A DNA stretch of 63,274 bases, the filler included, from Rhizaria sp. SCN 62-66 (taxonomy: Eukaryota): the NCBI GenBank assembly GCA_001724265.1. It is 8 parts of 8 records of this genome, joined end to end, with 100 filler letters (N's around TTAATTAATTAA, not from the genome) between each part and the next. Parts side by side here need not be neighbours in the genome. Positions count along the whole stretch, not along the records: positions 21,919 to 28,947 come from MEDY01000608.1; positions 29,048 to 36,196 come from MEDY01000609.1; 6 more parts are not named here. The stretch is one strand, 5' to 3'. The notes under the pieces are model-generated. The model did no database searches. It worked only from the letters and a program-made list of their open reading frames with translations, and was not told the DNA's origin. Numbering within the stretch: position 1 is the stretch's first letter; the number at the start of each line of letters is the position of its first letter. Shown in pieces: positions 21,920 to 35,308 of this stretch. Made by a program: the position numbers and the translations under genes.

Positions 21920-24646
21920 GCGACGGCGGCGCAGCTCGAGGGCGAGCGCGCGCGCCTGCAGGCGCGGCTCACAGTCGCGGCGGCGGCGCGGCGTCAGCGG
22001 CGGGCACTACAGGCCGTCGCCGAGGCCGTTGCGACCGCGGCCGCGGCGGCCGAGGCGGGCAAGGCGCGGGCGGGCGCGGTCGCGGCGGCGGCGCGCGCGG
22101 CGGTGGGGTGCGTGGTCGTGGCGCAGCGCAAGGGCCTGCTGCTGGCCGTGCTGGAGGCTCTCAGCCTCGGACTGGGGGCCAGTGGCGGCGACGGTGGCGG
22201 CGCGGGGGCGGCGGAGACGGGGGAAGTCAAGCCGCAGCTCTTAGACGCGAGTCTCATTGCCGCCACGTCCCCGGACTTTGCGCGCGAGCTGAGGCAGGAA
22301 GTCGAGGTACTTAGCCGTGCCGAGGCTAAGTGGAGGGGGCTGTACCACTTACACGCGAATAACATCAACGGTGGGGTACTTACCGCGCCGTCAGCACTAG
22401 ACAGTGATGTCTACACCAACGGTGACTCGTCGGTCTCTGCCTCCGCGTCTGCCTCTTCATTAGAGGACACTCTAAACGACGCGGTGCTTTTGATGCCGGC
22501 CCCCACTCTCGGGCTCTCTTCCCTCGTCTCCAGTGGCTCTCACAACAAGAGCAGCCAGAACGACGGTGATCGCGATAACACCGCGAACGCTAGCGTCCCA
22601 GTGTTAGCAGCCAGCGCTGCCGCCACCGGTGGTGTCTCAAGCGCGTTGTCATTCTCGGCCCTGCTGCAGTCGCTGACCGCGGCGCTGGCCCCCACAGTCA
22701 GCGCCGCCGCCGGGGCGACCGTGGGCAGCTGCCAGCGGGCCGCCGAGGCCGCCGGCGCCGCGGCGCTGTCGCTGCCGCTCAACGGCAACGGCGACAGCGA
22801 CAACGCGGATGTTATCGGCGATGGCGACGATCGCGGTGCTTCTGGCCTTGCGAACGACGCTGTCGCTGGTGTTCTCAATCTGAGTGTCTCTAACGACAGT
22901 AACGTCAGTGCTGTCGCCGATGCCGCGACTGACAAGGCGCCCGACACCTCTCCAGTTTCCGCGCTGGAGGCCGCCGCGGTTCCTCCCGTTTCCGTGCCCG
23001 TTGGCTGGGCTGTGGCGAGCCCCTGGGCCGCCGCGTTCAGCCGCCGCTTGGGCCGCGCGTTGGCCGCGGCGAAGGGCCGCAGCGAGTACTTAGAGGCGCG
23101 CGTGCGCCTGCTACAAGCCGCGCTCGACAACAACAACAATAGCGTCGGCATTAACAACATCACCAATAACAGTGGCAATAGCAGTGCTACCATGGGCGTA
23201 GTGAGCAACAACGCTGTTTCCAGCATGCACTCGAGTAGCTCTACTCCGGGTGCTTTGAACACCACCACGAGCGCGAACGCTGCCCCTGCCAGTGCCGGGG
23301 CCGGGGCCGGTGCGGGCGCGAGCGCGAGTGCGAATGTAAGCCTGGGCGCAGTGAGTGCGAGTGCGAGGCCGCCGCCGCGGGGCTTGCCGCAGGCGCTGGT
23401 GAGCCCCCACGGCTTGCAACCTCAGCCCGTCGGCACTGCTGCCTCGGGCGTGACTACGCACCCGCAGCGCTTTGCATCAACCCCTCACACCAACCCCAAC
23501 TCCGCCGCGAGCGTTAGCGCTCTCAGCGCTGCTGCGAACGACAGCGGTGCGCGTGGTGACAGCGCCGACGTGAGCCATGATGCCCTAATTCAGCCCGTCC
23601 CTGCCGCTGCCGCTGCCTCTGCGGGCGCGTTGGCGCTGCTGTTTGGCGCTGCTCACGGTCACTCCGCTGCGCACGGTCACTTCCATGCGGCTGCTCGCAG
23701 TCACCCTGTCGCTTCTTCTGCTGCTGCTGTTGCTGCAACGACTGTCGCTGTGACGGCTGCCGCTGCTCACGGTCAGTCTGGCCTGTCGCTGTATGACTTG
23801 TACATGCGCCAGCGCCCGCCGGCGAACGACAACAACGCTGGCGCCGACTGTAGCACGAGTTTAAACAGCAACGCTAACACTACGATGGATACGAGCTATG
23901 CCGGTGTTCAGAGATCGAATGCGAGCTTCACGACTTCTCCGAGCGTGGCTTTGCGCGAGGAAGTCAAGTCGCCTGAGCGCGAGGCTCGACCGCGTAGCTC
24001 TCCCGAAGTTAGGCCGCCACCCGGTGCGGAGGTCAAGCCGCGCGCAGGCAGTGGGGGCGTCACGAGTGGCCGCCGCCACCGCAGCGGTGCCATTGTGACG
24101 CCGACTCGGTCAGTTGTCGCCCCAACGACGAATCACAGCCACGGTCACGGTTACAGTAGCCGCGACAGCGATAAGAACGACAGCGTTCATGCAGTTGTGA
24201 CGGACTACGCCAGTGATGCGAAAAGCAGCAACAGCACCAGCGACATTGACGCTGTCCATGACCCGGTCTATAGTGCTGCTGTGTTCACTGGCGCCGCCTC
24301 CCGTCCATACGCCGCAACTGGCGGCACCAGCACTGACGGCACGACTGGCACTGTTGGCGGTCCTGGCTCCACTGCTGCTGCTGCTGATGCTGATGCTGAT
24401 GACGACGAAGTTTTGGCAGCGATTGAGGCGCAGTTGGCTGCTCACAGTTATCCCAGCAAAAACAACAGCAGCGGCAGCAGCCACCCGAACCACACTCGTG
24501 ACATCATGACGAGTACGAAGAGTCGCACTGAAGGCTCTGACACTGGCTTTGGTGCTGCTGATAACGCCGCTGGCAAGAATCTCACTGCGTTGCTTGAAGA
24601 GGACGAGGTGACGCGCATGGTGCTGGCGCGCTACGGACTCGTCTAA
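21920..24646 (+). CDS. Uncharacterised low-complexity protein with short coiled-coil segments; 5'-truncated
   Basis: Frame open from contig edge to TAA at 24646; Ala/Ser/Asn-rich; GC drops right after the stop. Confidence 0.7.
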   Translation, partial: ATAAQLEGERARLQARLTVAAAARRQRRALQAVAEAVATAAAAAEAGKARAGAVAAAARAAVGCVVVAQRKGLLLAVLEALSLGLGASGGDGGGAGAAETGEVKPQLLDASLIAATSPDFARELRQEVEVLSRAEAKWRGLYHLHANNINGGVLTAPSALDSDVYTNGDSSVSASASASSLEDTLNDAVLLMPAPTLGLSSLVSSGSHNKSSQNDGDRDNTANASVPVLAASAAATGGVSSALSFSALLQSLTAALAPTVSAAAGATVGSCQRAAEAAGAAALSLPLNGNGDSDNADVIGDGDDRGASGLANDAVAGVLNLSVSNDSNVSAVADAATDKAPDTSPVSALEAAAVPPVSVPVGWAVASPWAAAFSRRLGRALAAAKGRSEYLEARVRLLQAALDNNNNSVGINNITNNSGNSSATMGVVSNNAVSSMHSSSSTPGALNTTTSANAAPASAGAGAGAGASASANVSLGAVSASARPPPRGLPQALVSPHGLQPQPVGTAASGVTTHPQRFASTPHTNPNSAASVSALSAAANDSGARGDSADVSHDALIQPVPAAAAASAGALALLFGAAHGHSAAHGHFHAAARSHPVASSAAAVAATTVAVTAAAAHGQSGLSLYDLYMRQRPPANDNNAGADCSTSLNSNANTTMDTSYAGVQRSNASFTTSPSVALREEVKSPEREARPRSSPEVRPPPGAEVKPRAGSGGVTSGRRHRSGAIVTPTRSVVAPTTNHSHGHGYSSRDSDKNDSVHAVVTDYASDAKSSNSTSDIDAVHDPVYSAAVFTGAASRPYAATGGTSTDGTTGTVGGPGSTAAAADADADDDEVLAAIEAQLAAHSYPSKNNSSGSSHPNHTRDIMTSTKSRTEGSDTGFGAADNAAGKNLTALLEEDEVTRMVLARYGLV

Positions 24647-25260
24647 GGGCTGCTTGACTTCAACGACAAGTCACAATTGTTTTAAGTTCACGCTTTTTCT
24701 CACACTTTTTCTCCTGCCTCAGTGACACTTCCTGAATCGCGGCCTTAAAGCGCACTTTTGAGGGGATGTACTTTGTCAACATACTTAGCTTTTACTTTTA
24801 TACAGATATTTAGTTTTACGAAATTTGCTGACGCTTTATTTAAATCGACATTTGCAAATATACAATAGCCTTTTTCAATTGCAGCGACATAAGAGTACTA
24901 GTATTATATGATCACTTTGTGCATTGAGGCGTGACACCGACTGTGAGTTGTTACTCGAAGCACGTTGATTATAAACTTGATCTGCACCAAAGCTATCATC
25001 ATACATTACATGTATATATAAAGTCATTCAACCATGATAGCTGTGGATAAGAGCACAGAGCATTACATTACATAGATGTGCTTTAGTAACGCCAAACGAG
25101 ATATGACTGTTGTTGTGAGCAGTGTTTACTTGTGTATTTTCAGCAGGCCGATAATCATCATCATCAAATCAAACCAAAAGCCACTCCCTACACTTATATG
25201 TATCTAATGACTTTGTGAGTGTGATCTATCCGAGAGCGTAATTAGCGAACAACCGAGCGC

Positions 25261-26062
25261 TTACTTGCGGAGGGACTTGACGAGGGCGTCGTACTTGCGG
25301 TGAGCGAAGGAGACGACGTCGGTGCGGTAGTACTGCATCGCGGCCTCGATGGTCTTGGCAGCGACGGCCTTCTGGTTGGAGAGGCCGATCTTGGTGTAGT
25401 AGGCAATGGGCTTGTTGGCCTTCTTGAAGCTAAGAACAGGAACAAGGAAGAAGCAGGAGCGAGAGCAAGAGAGATGGGACGTGTGAGTGGGATTATAGCG
25501 TACGCAGAAGGGCATACGGAGCACAAATAGGAACCGAAAGCAAATGCAGACCTAGGGCAGCACGAGATAGTGCTATTGCATCACTTGTTCATATGACTCG
25601 GTAGTCGCTCAATCGTTGCTGTCGAGAGGGCGCAGTGTGGAGAGTCGAAACTAGGTAACTGTGTTGTGTGCGAACGTACTTCTTCTTGAGGAGAACGACA
25701 TTCTTGCCCTCAACCTTGACGTCAACGATCTTCTTGCTGTGAGAGAGAGGAAAAAAGGGGTAACGGAGGGACACAGGAAGGAGAAAGAGAGAAGTGAGTG
25801 AGCGACTGGGTCAGACTTGCGCGACAGGGAGAGCAAACAAAAGGGCGAGCGCAGCGGCCGCAGAGGGCGCACGACGAGAGAGCGAGCTGTGCGTGCCAGC
25901 GTGCGAGAGCGTGTGTGGGTGGTGGACGTACCACGAGAGGACGTTGCCCTTGGTGCCGAAGTGGCCGCAGAGGGAAGCGCGGTCGAGGTGAGAGTGGTTG
26001 CGCCTCACAGCGGTGTTGGTGGAACCATCGCGGATGAGCTGCCAGACGAGAGCCGAAGACAT
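25261..26062 (-). CDS. RPL28: 60S ribosomal protein L28 (eL28); exons 26062-25932, 25736-25680, 25429-25261
   Basis: MSSALVWQLIR...KKIVDVKVEGKNVVL...NKP...YYRTDVVSFAHRKYDALVKS; two GTACGT introns; strong codon bias; ends TAA. Confidence 0.88.
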
Positions 26063-28139
26063 CTACACTGCTGTAGGGAAGGTAAAGGGGAGAACAAGAG
26101 CAAGAGAGGGCGCGGGGTTGTGAGCGGAGAGCAAGGCGGGGCGCTGGAAGCGAGAGCGGGAATGAATTAGTGGCAGAGGGTCGACAGCGAGTTGGGCCCG
26201 ACGCAGCAAAGCCTCATATGACCGGTGCGACGCCGCGGTAGAAGCAGAGAAATCAAGAAAAAGATACCCCACACAGCAAATATTCTTCAGTATTAACTAC
26301 AGTTTCATCGCACCTCCTATACCGACCTCCCCGACCCGTTTTGTCTTCGCCCCAGACCGGGCCACTTTGCGGGAGCAAGCCCAGCCTCGCAACCCCTGCC
26401 CCTTAGAACCACCCGCGCCCCTTAGAAATTTCGCCCACGGTCACCCAGTCCCATGTGACCGTGAGCAGCAGTCCCCAGCCAGCACTTCGAGCTTCAGAGT
26501 GGACTTGATTTTGAAACAAGCAAATACTTTTTGTTCGTGAAATGTTTTTGTTTAACATGTACGCGTTACATATTGCGCATCACACCTTGCTTGTTAATTA
26601 TATCTCTTGCACGAACGCTTATTCCGTGACTTCGTCTTGTTTCTGTCGCTCTCTTCGACTTTCGATTCGCACGCCACAACCTTCGTCTCCACTACCGCGC
26701 CGCACCGTTTCTCTTTGCCTGACGTGGTCATACCCCTTGCACTCGCGTTTAGGGACGGATGCACAGGCTTTGTGGCCTTGACAAGCGCTGATGCAGTGAC
26801 GAAATGAGGCCCACAGTCGTGGGTCGTTGACCTTCTCAACAAGTACGTCTTCCTTCCGGTCTTACATCCACTATTTAATAGGCCTCAACAAATTCAAATC
26901 TTGAGAATACTTGACCAGGATTGACAGCCTCTGTTTGTTCATTCTGTTTTAAACACTCATTTTCTATGCGACTTATCTTTGCTGCCATATTCTTGCTTTC
27001 TACCTGCTAGATGTTTAACGTGCACCACGTATTATATCTTGCCGTGTCTCGCGGCCCTGAACGGGGTTTTCGTGGGCGTTGCTTGCTGTAAGTGTGTTTT
27101 TGCTTTACGCTGTACGTGTAGGCCGTACAGACGCGGCAGCGGCGCGCGGCCGCAACTCTACAGGGTCAATGGCTGCTCTACTGGATCACGATGTACGCAG
27201 TACAAGCCGACTCGTGATCAGCAACGTTAAAATGCGAGCCCACCAAGACACCCCACTGCGCGCGTGTGCCCGCTGCGACTGCAACGGCGGCGGTGTTTGA
27301 GCGCCCTTGCTGCGCAGTACGACACCACACTCTGCGCACAGCAACGCGCGTTGGCCGTGTTCAAGCCTTGCGCTGCCACTTTGCTCCGCGGCGCAGTGGC
27401 TGTCGGACGTGTAACGTCTAGGGTCAAGAATGACGCAGCTTCGACAGCTGATTGCAGGATTAACCCGTTTGATGCATATTTGTTGCGTTGCCTTGAAACA
27501 CAATGCAGTGCGTCGAAATAAGGTCATGAATGAAAAAGCAATAGCTCAGGCGTTTTGTTTGGCTCGCTCAGGCCGGTTTAGGACACGGATGGGCGTACAA
27601 TGTTGATGTGCAAGAGGCGTGACTGTTGATAATATGTACATAATACTTGTACAAGATATGAGATACAAAATAGGTCACAGTGTTCAATAGTTGGCGTTCA
27701 CAGTGTGCGGACGTCAAAATCCAAACAATTAGTTTGAAGGACATCATACGCAAAATATGCGATATAGAACCTACAACTGCGATATAATGTCCGAAATCGA
27801 TTATTGACTGATTATTGTTTATTGAATAGTGATATACGCACCTTTGTTCGATGTAGCCAATGAAACCGATGATGTTGCTGCCAACTCGCCAAATCTTGTG
27901 CAAGCCTGAGACTAGCTTCACCAAAATGCTATTATCGACGTGGTACCATCGTTATGTGACATAATGTGATGTTTAGTAGAATTTCATTAGATTAATTTAC
28001 ATTTTCCGTTTATTATACTCTCATATACAACCATTTGGCTTTGCTCTAATCATTTCCCCCCCGTTGTTGTCCTTGGCTATCTTCGCAACCGGTTGCATTT
28101 GCTCGCAATTTGGGCTTTAACTAGGCACATCATCTGTGG

Positions 28140-28947
28140 ATGACATCGAAGGTGTCAAGCTGCAGGTTTTGCGGCAAGACAATTCATTCCACAGGCAAAG
28201 GGCGCCCCCAGGGTCTTTGCCAAGATTGCTTCAAGGTAACTGCTATGACTTGCTCACTTTTTCAGCTGAGTGCTACATGCATGTCCATACCCTTGCGTGA
28301 AAAAGAGTTCATATATCTCAACTTATGTACTTACTTTACTATTCACATAATGATTGTTTCACACTTCTTCATAGTCCGAAAGTGAACTTCAAGGCGAGCC
28401 CGTCTCTGTTGCGAGCAAAGACAGTGGTAGCAATGGGAGCACCACAAGTGGGGTCATTATCTCCGTCCTCGACGCCCCCGCGCACCGAGATCCTAGTGTA
28501 CGTCTCTATTTTATTAACAGCATGAATGCACATGTTTTCAGCGCGGAAGGATCAACCCGCCATGTTGAATGAACTTGTAGCTGCCAATGTCAAGAGTCAT
28601 CTGTAAGCTGACATTTGAGGTCACAAGTCGTTCATACTGTTCCGACACAGAAACATGCTTTTTTAAAGACTCTCTCACCTTCTTGATCACCCCATTATCC
28701 ACACTCATATTGTACGTGTTAGTGTTGTCACAAACACGACGAGCCCGTACTCATGCTCTACTGGTGCGACACCTGTGTCAACGTCGTATGCGGCCACTGC
28801 GTGGTGATTAACGGTGAACATAAAGATCACACCATTCGCAGTGTTACAGCCAAGCATGCTGAGCTCCGCTCTCACGCTGCCACACTCACCCCGCGCATTG
28901 CCACACTGGCGCAGCAACTCAAGGACGAGACTGCGCTCACTGAAGCC
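28140..28947 (+). CDS. B-box zinc finger plus coiled-coil protein, 3'-truncated; exons 28140-28235, 28375-28497, 28723-28947
   Basis: CHKHDEPVLMLYWCDTCVNVVCGHCVVINGEHKDH is a B-box2 pattern; N-terminal CxxC...CxxC; phase-0 introns. Confidence 0.72.
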
Positions 28948-29047
28948 NNNNNNNNNNNNNNNNNNNNNNNNNNNNNNNNNNNNNNNNNNNNTTAATTAAT
29001 TAANNNNNNNNNNNNNNNNNNNNNNNNNNNNNNNNNNNNNNNNNNNN
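28948..29047. other. Artificial contig spacer
   Basis: N44-TTAATTAATTAA-N44. Confidence 0.99.
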
Positions 29048-32000
29048 TGTCGGCGCGTCTGTAGCGCAGGAGTAGCGCGCGACAGTGCCCATCTCAAAGC
29101 TGCCCACAGTCGCAGGGTCAATGCTATCACTATGAAGAATGCCGCCAGTGATATTGATAGCGTCAGTAAAAAGCGCAACTTGTACAAACTGTGGCGTCAG
29201 CGTCTCGCCACCTTGTTCGACCGGCAAAGGTTGTGTAGTGGCACTATCAAGCGCTAAGGCGGGGCATGATGCGCGCGATGTGCAGTTCGGGGGCTCACCA
29301 CGCCAGGAACCGTCGGCAGCGCAGACGAGATACGACTGGCCGCCGTAGGTCCCAGCGGGGCACTGCAGTGAGATGTGCGAGTTGACCGCTGGGTAGGCTA
29401 CGGTTGAACCCGTCGGCTGCTGCAGAGAAATAACGTAGCCTTGGAGCGATGCCGCGATATCGTCGCACACGATGGTGGTACACGAAAGCTCAGCGACAAT
29501 GTCTGCCTTGACCTTGGTCCAGTAGCCCTTGGTAGAAACACCATCGTGCTCACAAGTGATGTTAACGTGTTTGTTCGCCTCAGGCGTCGTGAAACGCGCC
29601 CAGGGTTGATGTGCAGTCGCGGCGCACATGTAGAAAACCTTCACGCCATAGGGCCACGACTTGATGTAGTACCAAAATGTTGACCCAAACCCAGTTGGAA
29701 CGCCGGCCTGTGGATCAATATCCTCCTCCTCAGACAGCCCTTGCGCAGTGAGACGCAGCCCGCTGTATGAGACAATGGGTATCGCACCACAGACAACGGA
29801 AACACACGTCGGCAGAGTCCCGATCCATTCGCCGTCAGCGTTACACGTCAGCCGCGATGACGCGGGAACAAAACGACGCCTACACTTGACAACCATGACG
29901 GAATTGTAGTGCGAGAACGGCGCCGGGTCAATCTCGCTCGCGTTGAACAAGCTCGGTGGGCCAAAATCAAAGCGAGGGTTGCCAGTAAGCCCATTGTCGC
30001 TGGAGCAGCGAGGGTGAATCTTCTCGCACAGCAGCATCGACTCGACGACAACAGGCGACGTCGTGACTGCGCCACCGGTCCATGCAGCCGTAGCAGCCGC
30101 ATCAACACTCGCGTTGATGCGCGTCCATTGAGCCATAGCACCCGAGGCAGTTTGTACGCACTGTGCTGCCACAACGCCCTCACTGTCAAACAGCGCCGGC
30201 ACACCGTTAGTCGCAAACACTGATGACGGAGCGTAGCCGGGGGCGCAGCGCAGATGAGAACGCACCCCAACCTTAACGCTCCCGACGCCAGTCAACAAAG
30301 TCGGTGTTGGGTACGTGAACTGGTACTTGTCCACTGTGTAGCTCTCCTCTCCTGCGCCAGGCAGCATCATCAACTGACGAGCGAGTGCGATAGTCATTGC
30401 AGGGCAGAGCGTGAGCTTGCAGTAGAAGTTCTTCATCGCCGTGCTTGGGATCGCGTCAGGTGGCACAGTGCCAGTGTACGCAGGCACTTTACTGGGCACA
30501 GCCGTAACAGACGCCCACTTGGCAAACGCCAGCCCCGTCGCGGCGTGAACAGCATCGGCGCACGAGTCCGAGGCTGTGGCAATCGCCCGCGCCACGTCGT
30601 ACTGGTCAACCGCCGCGTAACCAGGCTTACAAGCCACGGTGACTGTGGTGCCCGGAGCGACTTTGACCGGCACACGTGGATCACCAAGCCGGCCAAGTGT
30701 GTCACCAAGCCGCGGCGCTGCGGGATCACTCTGATCGACGACAGCGGTACCTGTGAAAACCTTCTCTGTCACCACGGCAGCCGTAGAGCCCGACAGAGTG
30801 ACAACGGCGCCCTCAGATTCGAGCGCGCCCGAGCTGGCATGCTGCAGCGGAAGCCGGCAGGACCGGCGCGGGCACGGTGCTAGTGTGTCTGCACCGGCCA
30901 GATCCTTCAGCAGCGGAGGCACCCACCGCGCCGTGGCGTTGCACGTGTGGGACGACACCGACTCGTATCCAGGCTCCGTGCAGTAGTGAGTGATGCTGCT
31001 GCCCATAGCGGGCGGCACAGGCGTTGTAGCGGTGCTGGCGTCGAAAACGTACTGCAACTGGCTCACGGGGTCGTACCCGGCCCAGCGCAGAGTGGCAATA
31101 GTCGGACATTGGGTAGAATTGCAGTTTTGCGAAGAGGCCAGAGTAACGTTATTCCATAGTGGCAGCGCGAACACAACAGAATAGAACATATCGCCAGGCT
31201 GATAACGCGAAATACGCCAAGCGTAATCATCCGTCTCAGTCACGAGTTGTGGATCAATGCGACCCTGGCCGCGGCCGCAAGACCGCCAGACAACGCCCGC
31301 GCCGTCGATATTGGGCGACTCCCCCGCGTCACTGCAAGACTGCTGCAGCGCTGCGCCGAGTGGGTAGTGCGTCTCGTCGGCGTACCGCCAAGGCAGCGGC
31401 ATCGAGTCGCGCTGATCGTCGACGGCGGCGACGGTGGGCAGCCCGAGCAGCGGAAGAGTGAGGAACTTGAGCCGCGTGGCCGCAGGCTGGTGCATGGGCA
31501 GCACACAGGCTGTTTCCTGACGGCAGGAGGTCCCGTTGGCAGTCCACACGCCGTCAACGCACGAGACGGTGCCCGCAATATTGGGCGTCAGAGAGACGTA
31601 GTACGCGGGGCACGTGGTCATCATCTCGGTCTTGAGACCGGTGGCTGAGGCTGTGGATGCAGAGACTGTGATCGCCTGCAGCAGCGAGGTCTGCGGCTTT
31701 GCCCACTGCGGCATGTGTTGACACTCGCTCGGCACGCACAGCGGGAGGCCGACGCCGTTGCCGAGAGTCTGGCCCGTCGACACGGCGACCCAGGCCCCGC
31801 GGCGGAAGCCGCTCCGAGCGGCAGCGGCGGCGTCGCTCAAAGCTGCCGCAACGGCCTGTGCCGCCGGACTCGCGCCTGCCGCCGCAAGCAGCGCTGGAAC
31901 AGAGGTGGCGTCGCCGCAGTCGACGTCGCTGTAGCCGCACCACGCGTCGCCAAACGCGCGAAGCGGAACTGCGCCGGCGCTGAGCCGGCGGCACTCGAAC

Positions 32001-33706
32001 TGCATCGCTGCGGGCACCGCGGGCAGCGTGCTCTGCGGCACTGGCAGACCGCCGAGCGGGCAGGAGAAGGAGGCAACCGTGCCCGCGGGGAACCGGCGGC
32101 CGCGGAACGGCAGCGACGCCGTCGAGTTGACTGTCGACGACGTTGCCAGGTGCTGAGGCTTCGAGCCAGGGAACACGGGCCGCAGCGAGTACGTGGTGAG
32201 CAAGCCCACGGTCGAAGTGTACGACTCGGGGAACCCGTCGCAGACTACGGGCAGGCACACAGCGCACATCACAAGCACGACCCGGGCCTGCGCTACCGTC
32301 GCGCCTATCGGCAGCGTCGCAGCGAGAGTCTGGAGTGCAGCAGTGGTGGGCTCGGAGTCTGCAGACGCGGGCAAAGTCGCGGGGACGGAAGACGAGATGA
32401 GGCGCCACTCGCCGGGACCTTTAGGCGAGGCGTGGCACTGGTAGGTCGCCAGCGGGCGCGCTGCGACACTGGACGTAGCGGCGTTGCGGCAGGCAACGTG
32501 TGCAAAGGCGCCATCGCTGTAGGCGCGCAGTCCGTCGATGAGGCCGCCGCCGACGCCGGGGAGGTCCTCAGCGTTGACGCCGTCGAGCTTGCCAGTAGCA
32601 GCGGCGATTGCTGCAGCCAGCACGGCGCTCGCGGCAGGACTCGCCCGGACCGAGTTGGCCTCTGGCGGCGGCAGCACGCCCTCGTCCGCAGAGGGCACGG
32701 CGTAGGACGAGTAGTGCAGCCGCATGTGGGGCGGCAGCGCGCGCTCCAGCGGGTGCACGCCGCACTGCGCGGGGCAGCGCGCGAGCACGACGGGCCGCGT
32801 CGCCACGGTGTTGAGCTTGGCGGCGCCGGGAACTGTGGGTGCGGCGGCGCTGGGGGCCTCGCGCAGGTGCGTGCGCGTGTACCAGCGGCCGCGGCGGCAC
32901 GTGAGCGCGATCGTCGTGCCGAGGTCCGCGGAGGTGGCCGTAGCCGAGGCGGTTGCGGGGAGCGCGGGGATAAGCGAGGAGCCCGAGAGAAGAGTAGAGA
33001 GATTGACGGAGTTGGCCTGAATGTCGGTCTCTGAAGTCTCCATCGAATCTCCGTTGTCCTCATAGTCAGCATCATCACTACTGAGAACTCTCCAAGCGCT
33101 AATTGTTGAACTCAATGACGCCGAAGCAGTAGGAAACATATCATTGTTGTCTCGTTGTAAGCTGGCACTGCTACTGCTGGTACTGGAGGTCGCATTGAAA
33201 TCAGAAGGCTCTTCGGTGAGCACAAACAAGTCAGGGACGGCGCTGTGCCAACATGAAAATGTCACCACGGTGTCCTCTAACGCAAATACAGTCTCGCGCT
33301 GCGCTACTGTCAAATTGGCAAAAACAACAGAGGCGCGGACAAGCGCGGGCGACGCGGAGACGGCGGAACGATTGAGGTATGATGAAGCGGGGACGAGCGT
33401 GAAGGGGTCTGAGCAGTGCGAGTCGGCAGTGATCCAGGGATCGATGTTGGTCGCTGTGTTGCCAAGCTGAAACACATCTGGCGGAAGCTGTGCAGTGTAG
33501 TCAGATGTATCCTCAGATGAAGATTCTAACTCAGACAGGCCACCGCACTTTGCACCCCAGGTGACGCCCGTGGGAGGCACTGAGACGTCGGTCACCAAGG
33601 GCAACTGAGCTTGCGTGGCCGTGAGAGCGAGCAGCACTACGAGCGTTAGCGTGTAAACCATATGTGACGCCACACGCAGCGCAAGCAATCTAATGAAGAA
33701 ACTCAT
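29048..33706 (-). CDS. Large secreted or surface protein with multiple Sushi/CCP-like modules, more than 1550 aa, 3'-truncated
   Basis: Signal-like N-terminus (YTLTLVVLLALTATQA). Repeated C...C...W...P.C modules such as LTCNADGEWIGTLPTC, LVCAADGSWRGEPPNC, VSCVDGVWTANGTSC. Confidence 0.8.
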
Positions 33707-35236
33707 CGCTCGCGGGGTCCACAGGACCGTTCGCCGGCGTAGAAACAAAGGCGGCAGCAAGAACGCGCCTCGATGAAAATAGTGTCCAAAAAGACGGTCG
33801 TCTCTGCGACGCCAAAGGGGGATTAAGCCAGCCAAGATGATTAAAAACCGTAACTTTAGACTCAAATACTAGGGTTGATGCGATCTTTTTCAAACGTGAG
33901 ATCTGAAAAGATGGAGAAAACTCCAAGATAAGTTCTTCGGAACGTCCTTTTGAAGCAGCAGCAAGCAGTACGCATAGGCAAGTGCAGAAAGAGAGATAAA
34001 TGAGTTTACATCGTGATAGTAATTGAAATAGTAAATCAGTGTCTAGCGCAATAACTCTAAACAATTTCATTTCGGTTTTAACGATCATCTGAGCGTTTTC
34101 ACAAACTCAAACTTCGACTACCAGGACACCCCCCGGACTTCGACCACTCCGGGACCGCAAGCCACATCACCGTCACAACACAAACGAGTTAAAATGTAGG
34201 TTGTCACTGTCGATATGTCATGATAGTAAAGCTCAGTAGACACACAAAACAGAACTATATTGTATTTTTGTGTCTATCTCACTTTTTTTAAATTGCAATT
34301 TTATCATAGAGCTCATTCTTGCCGATATAGTCAAGACATTAGCATATTGCTGCTCGCACATTACACATCGTGTTCATAAGGTTGTCATGATCTAAGCTTC
34401 ACATGTATGTCCTTTTGTAAAAATAGTGATACACACTTTATGCTCCACAGTTTTTAGTGATGCTGTTATTAATCGCTTCACAGCCTCTCTCAAAGGAAAA
34501 TGCGGCGATGGATAGTACTAGTAGCGTGATCAGTACGGATGCTCTTACTGTACTATTAATAGTACGCGTGTACTATAGAACTCATCCCTTCTTGGTTCGT
34601 GTCCGTCATTCACGACTGCTCTTCATCCAATTCGTACAAGTGATGCTGTTGTGCGATCATATGATATTTCATATTATTAATACACGTCCAAAAAATGTAC
34701 ATGTAATCATGAACACTTGGATTGATATGCCTCAGCAAACGTCGTCAAATAAACTTTGCAACTTTATCGAGCTATTACTAAGTTTGATTCATGCGATTCT
34801 TAATATCTTCGATTTTTTAAGCGCGATGTGAACTTTTCAATCTGAGAATTTTGCGCGGTTAATCCTCACCACGAGATTATGTCGCATCTCGAAGTTCGAA
34901 ATCAATTGCATAATAAATACTATAGTATGTACATGTAACTTCATAAGATTAACGTGAGAAACAAAAATAATTAAAAACTTCAATACAGGAGATAGCTGTA
35001 AACGACCCCCAACGTGAAAGCCCATTAAATCACTCCTCGTACCCTCCAACCGCAACATGCATGCGCAATCCAGAACACGTATCATGTTGTGTTCCTCTGT
35101 GGAGCCAAAACAAAATACACGCTCGATGTCTGACAGACAGCGGTCGTAAACGAGCAAAAACAAAAAGTGAGGGTTGTAGCGCGTGATTCACCGGAGGATA
35201 TGGTGTAAGACATTGCGCGAACGAGCAAAAAGAAAG

Positions 35237-35308
35237 CTCTCTGACCGGGAATTGAACCCGGGTCTCCTCCGTGACAGGGAGGAATACTAGCCACTATACT
35301 ATCAGAGA
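35237..35308 (-). tRNA. tRNA-Asp(GTC)
   Basis: Minus strand TCTCTGATAGTATAGTGGCTAGTATTCCTCCCTGTCACGGAGGAGACCCGGGTTCAATTCCCGGTCAGAGAG; full cloverleaf, G73, T-run terminator. Confidence 0.96.
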
